Source: Epiperipatus broadwayi
Lineage: Eukaryota; Animalia; Onychophora
Direction: 5' to 3'
DNA length: 64,000 bases
NCBI GenBank assembly: GCA_028023455.1
Contig: JAQFVV010000001.1
Coordinates: 19,964,001-20,028,000, forward strand
Part shown: one piece after another, positions 62,101 through 64,000 of the stretch
How the letters are laid out: each line of letters starts with the position of its first letter
Position numbering within the stretch: position 1 is the stretch's first letter
Translations under genes and position numbers: made by a program
The notes under the pieces: model-generated
The model's database searches: none
Told to the model about the DNA's origin: nothing
Seen by the model: only the letters and a program-made list of their open reading frames with translations

Positions 62101-64000
62101 AAAAAACAGTTCTAATTAACAAGAAAATTTACCACAAGTTTTATTTTTTTTTTTTTTAAGATAAAACTTTACCTCTCCTAAAAGGCTAAAATTAAATACC
62201 ATTAAACAACTTATCAAAAATAAACAATTATTTTCTCCCTGTTCATTTTTCAAAACATAAATAAAAGGAACTGGTAAATAAATAAATTATTAAAGAGAGA
62301 GAACAAAAAAAATTATTTCTCTCTCTTCTACCAACATTTACAATTTATAATATATATATATATATATATTATGATTTTAAAAAGGTTTGGCTATTATGTT
62401 AAGAAAATTGTCTAGAAGATTCCTACAATCATGTGGGAAGAAAATAAAATATTTAGCTAATTTGAGACCCATTATTATTATAAAAATATGCATGGGAAAA
62501 TTAAATACTATTTTCCCTTCAATTAAATAATTCTACAGTAAAACCCAAGGAGTATGCTGCCAATTATCTTTTTATTTTTAATAGTGCAACAATGTAGCAA
62601 ACTAATTGCAATATATCATTGCAAAAATACAGGTTTTTGTAAAATTAATGAAAATAATGATTCATATATTTTGTATTACCACATGTTATATACATATAAG
62701 TGTTTATTTAAAACAACTTACAAGTCATGAATATCTGTAAATTATAACTTAAACAATGTTAAATCATTTATCATTTTTGTTTGTTTTTTTAAATATATGC
62801 AAATAATATCCAATATTTATAAATAATCAAAGTCAAAATACTTTACTTGTAATAAGAGAGTATTTATTTATCAGACTTTATTTTTGCACTATTATTTTTA
62901 CTTCTAATTAATCAATAAATTTACTACTAATTATCTTAAATTATTCCAATAAAGTTATTTAATACTAATTGAAATTGTGTCCATTCTTGTTTACAGTCAC
63001 GAAGTCCTTGTAAACCAAGAAACTAGCTTTTGTTTTGTAGCCACCTATATAATTTTCTTTACAATTATTTAAATTGCATTAACATAATAAAACTTATTTT
63101 TAAAGTTGATTCATTTTATGCATATATTTTAGAATGATTACTAGTTCATTGATAGTTAGTAATATCATTATCCCAGATAACACTAAGTATTCATGAGAAT
63201 CAGCATTGACATAATGTTTATTTACAAGCACTTTTGATGTTTATTATTATAGTTAAGTATGTGTATACTTTTACAATATTATGTCTCAAGTTTGGTATTG
63301 GCTTGAGATCATTGGCCTAAAATTTTATAGTATGTCTCTTTTAAATCCAATCATGAAGAATGTGTATTGATTGTACTATATTATTACTTATATTCAATTA
63401 TATGCCATTGTTAGAACTGTTGATTCCTTGCTCTTATCACACTCAGTTAAAAAATAAAAAATAAAAACATGCTGTTGAGAATCATTAGTATTTCCATATC
63501 ACAAATTCTACCCATATCCCCCTATTCTGTACTTATATATTCCTGTAAGCCATCACAAGGTCCCATTGGCATTGTATTATAATATATTCTAAACCATAAA
63601 TGTACACATTCAGTACTTTCTGCCTATAAATTAATACAAAATTAACTTCATTAAGAAATGAAACATGTTTATGACTATTTCATAAGAAAAAAAATTAAGA
63701 TAAAAATTATACAATTTTCAAACTGCAAGTTAATTTTGCACTAGTAGATAGTAATAGTTACTTTCAGTTTCTTTTTTTTATTATTTAAAAAAAAATTTCT
63801 AATTTGATATTATTACAGTACATAGAATTCATTTCTCTTATCCTTTCATGAATTGTAATTTTGCATTTTTGTAAAGTATGGTTATTGGCATTAAATAATA
63901 CAATAATATTCAAATGATTTGTGGCTTAGAAAATCATATAATGTGAAAGAACCAAACATAACAGGTTAAACTGATTAAAAAAGATTTAACTTTTGAGTTC

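Overview
Very AT-rich (roughly a quarter GC by eye), strongly CpG-depleted eukaryotic DNA, probably from an invertebrate or arthropod: two LTR-like promoters show TATA at -30 with a TTAGT/TCAG initiator. I found no intact host protein-coding gene, so the window looks like a large intron or intergenic region filled with transposon fossils. These are a 3.5-kb Buster-type hAT element with a broken transposase (12.4-15.9 kb), a piggyBac fragment, several decayed RTE/LINE pieces, a Gypsy gag-pol remnant, several TGT...ACA-ended LTR-like elements inserted at ATAT in (TA)n tracts, local tandem duplications, and an old multi-kb segmental duplication (about 29-38.5 kb). The most striking structure is a near-perfect 1-kb palindrome (24074-25089) between two (TA)n tracts. 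Its arms each end in an outward-facing hammerhead-ribozyme-like core (CTGATGA-hairpin-GAAA), which suggests a young fold-back Penelope-like insertion. Family assignments are from manual translation and remembered consensus motifs, not database searches.
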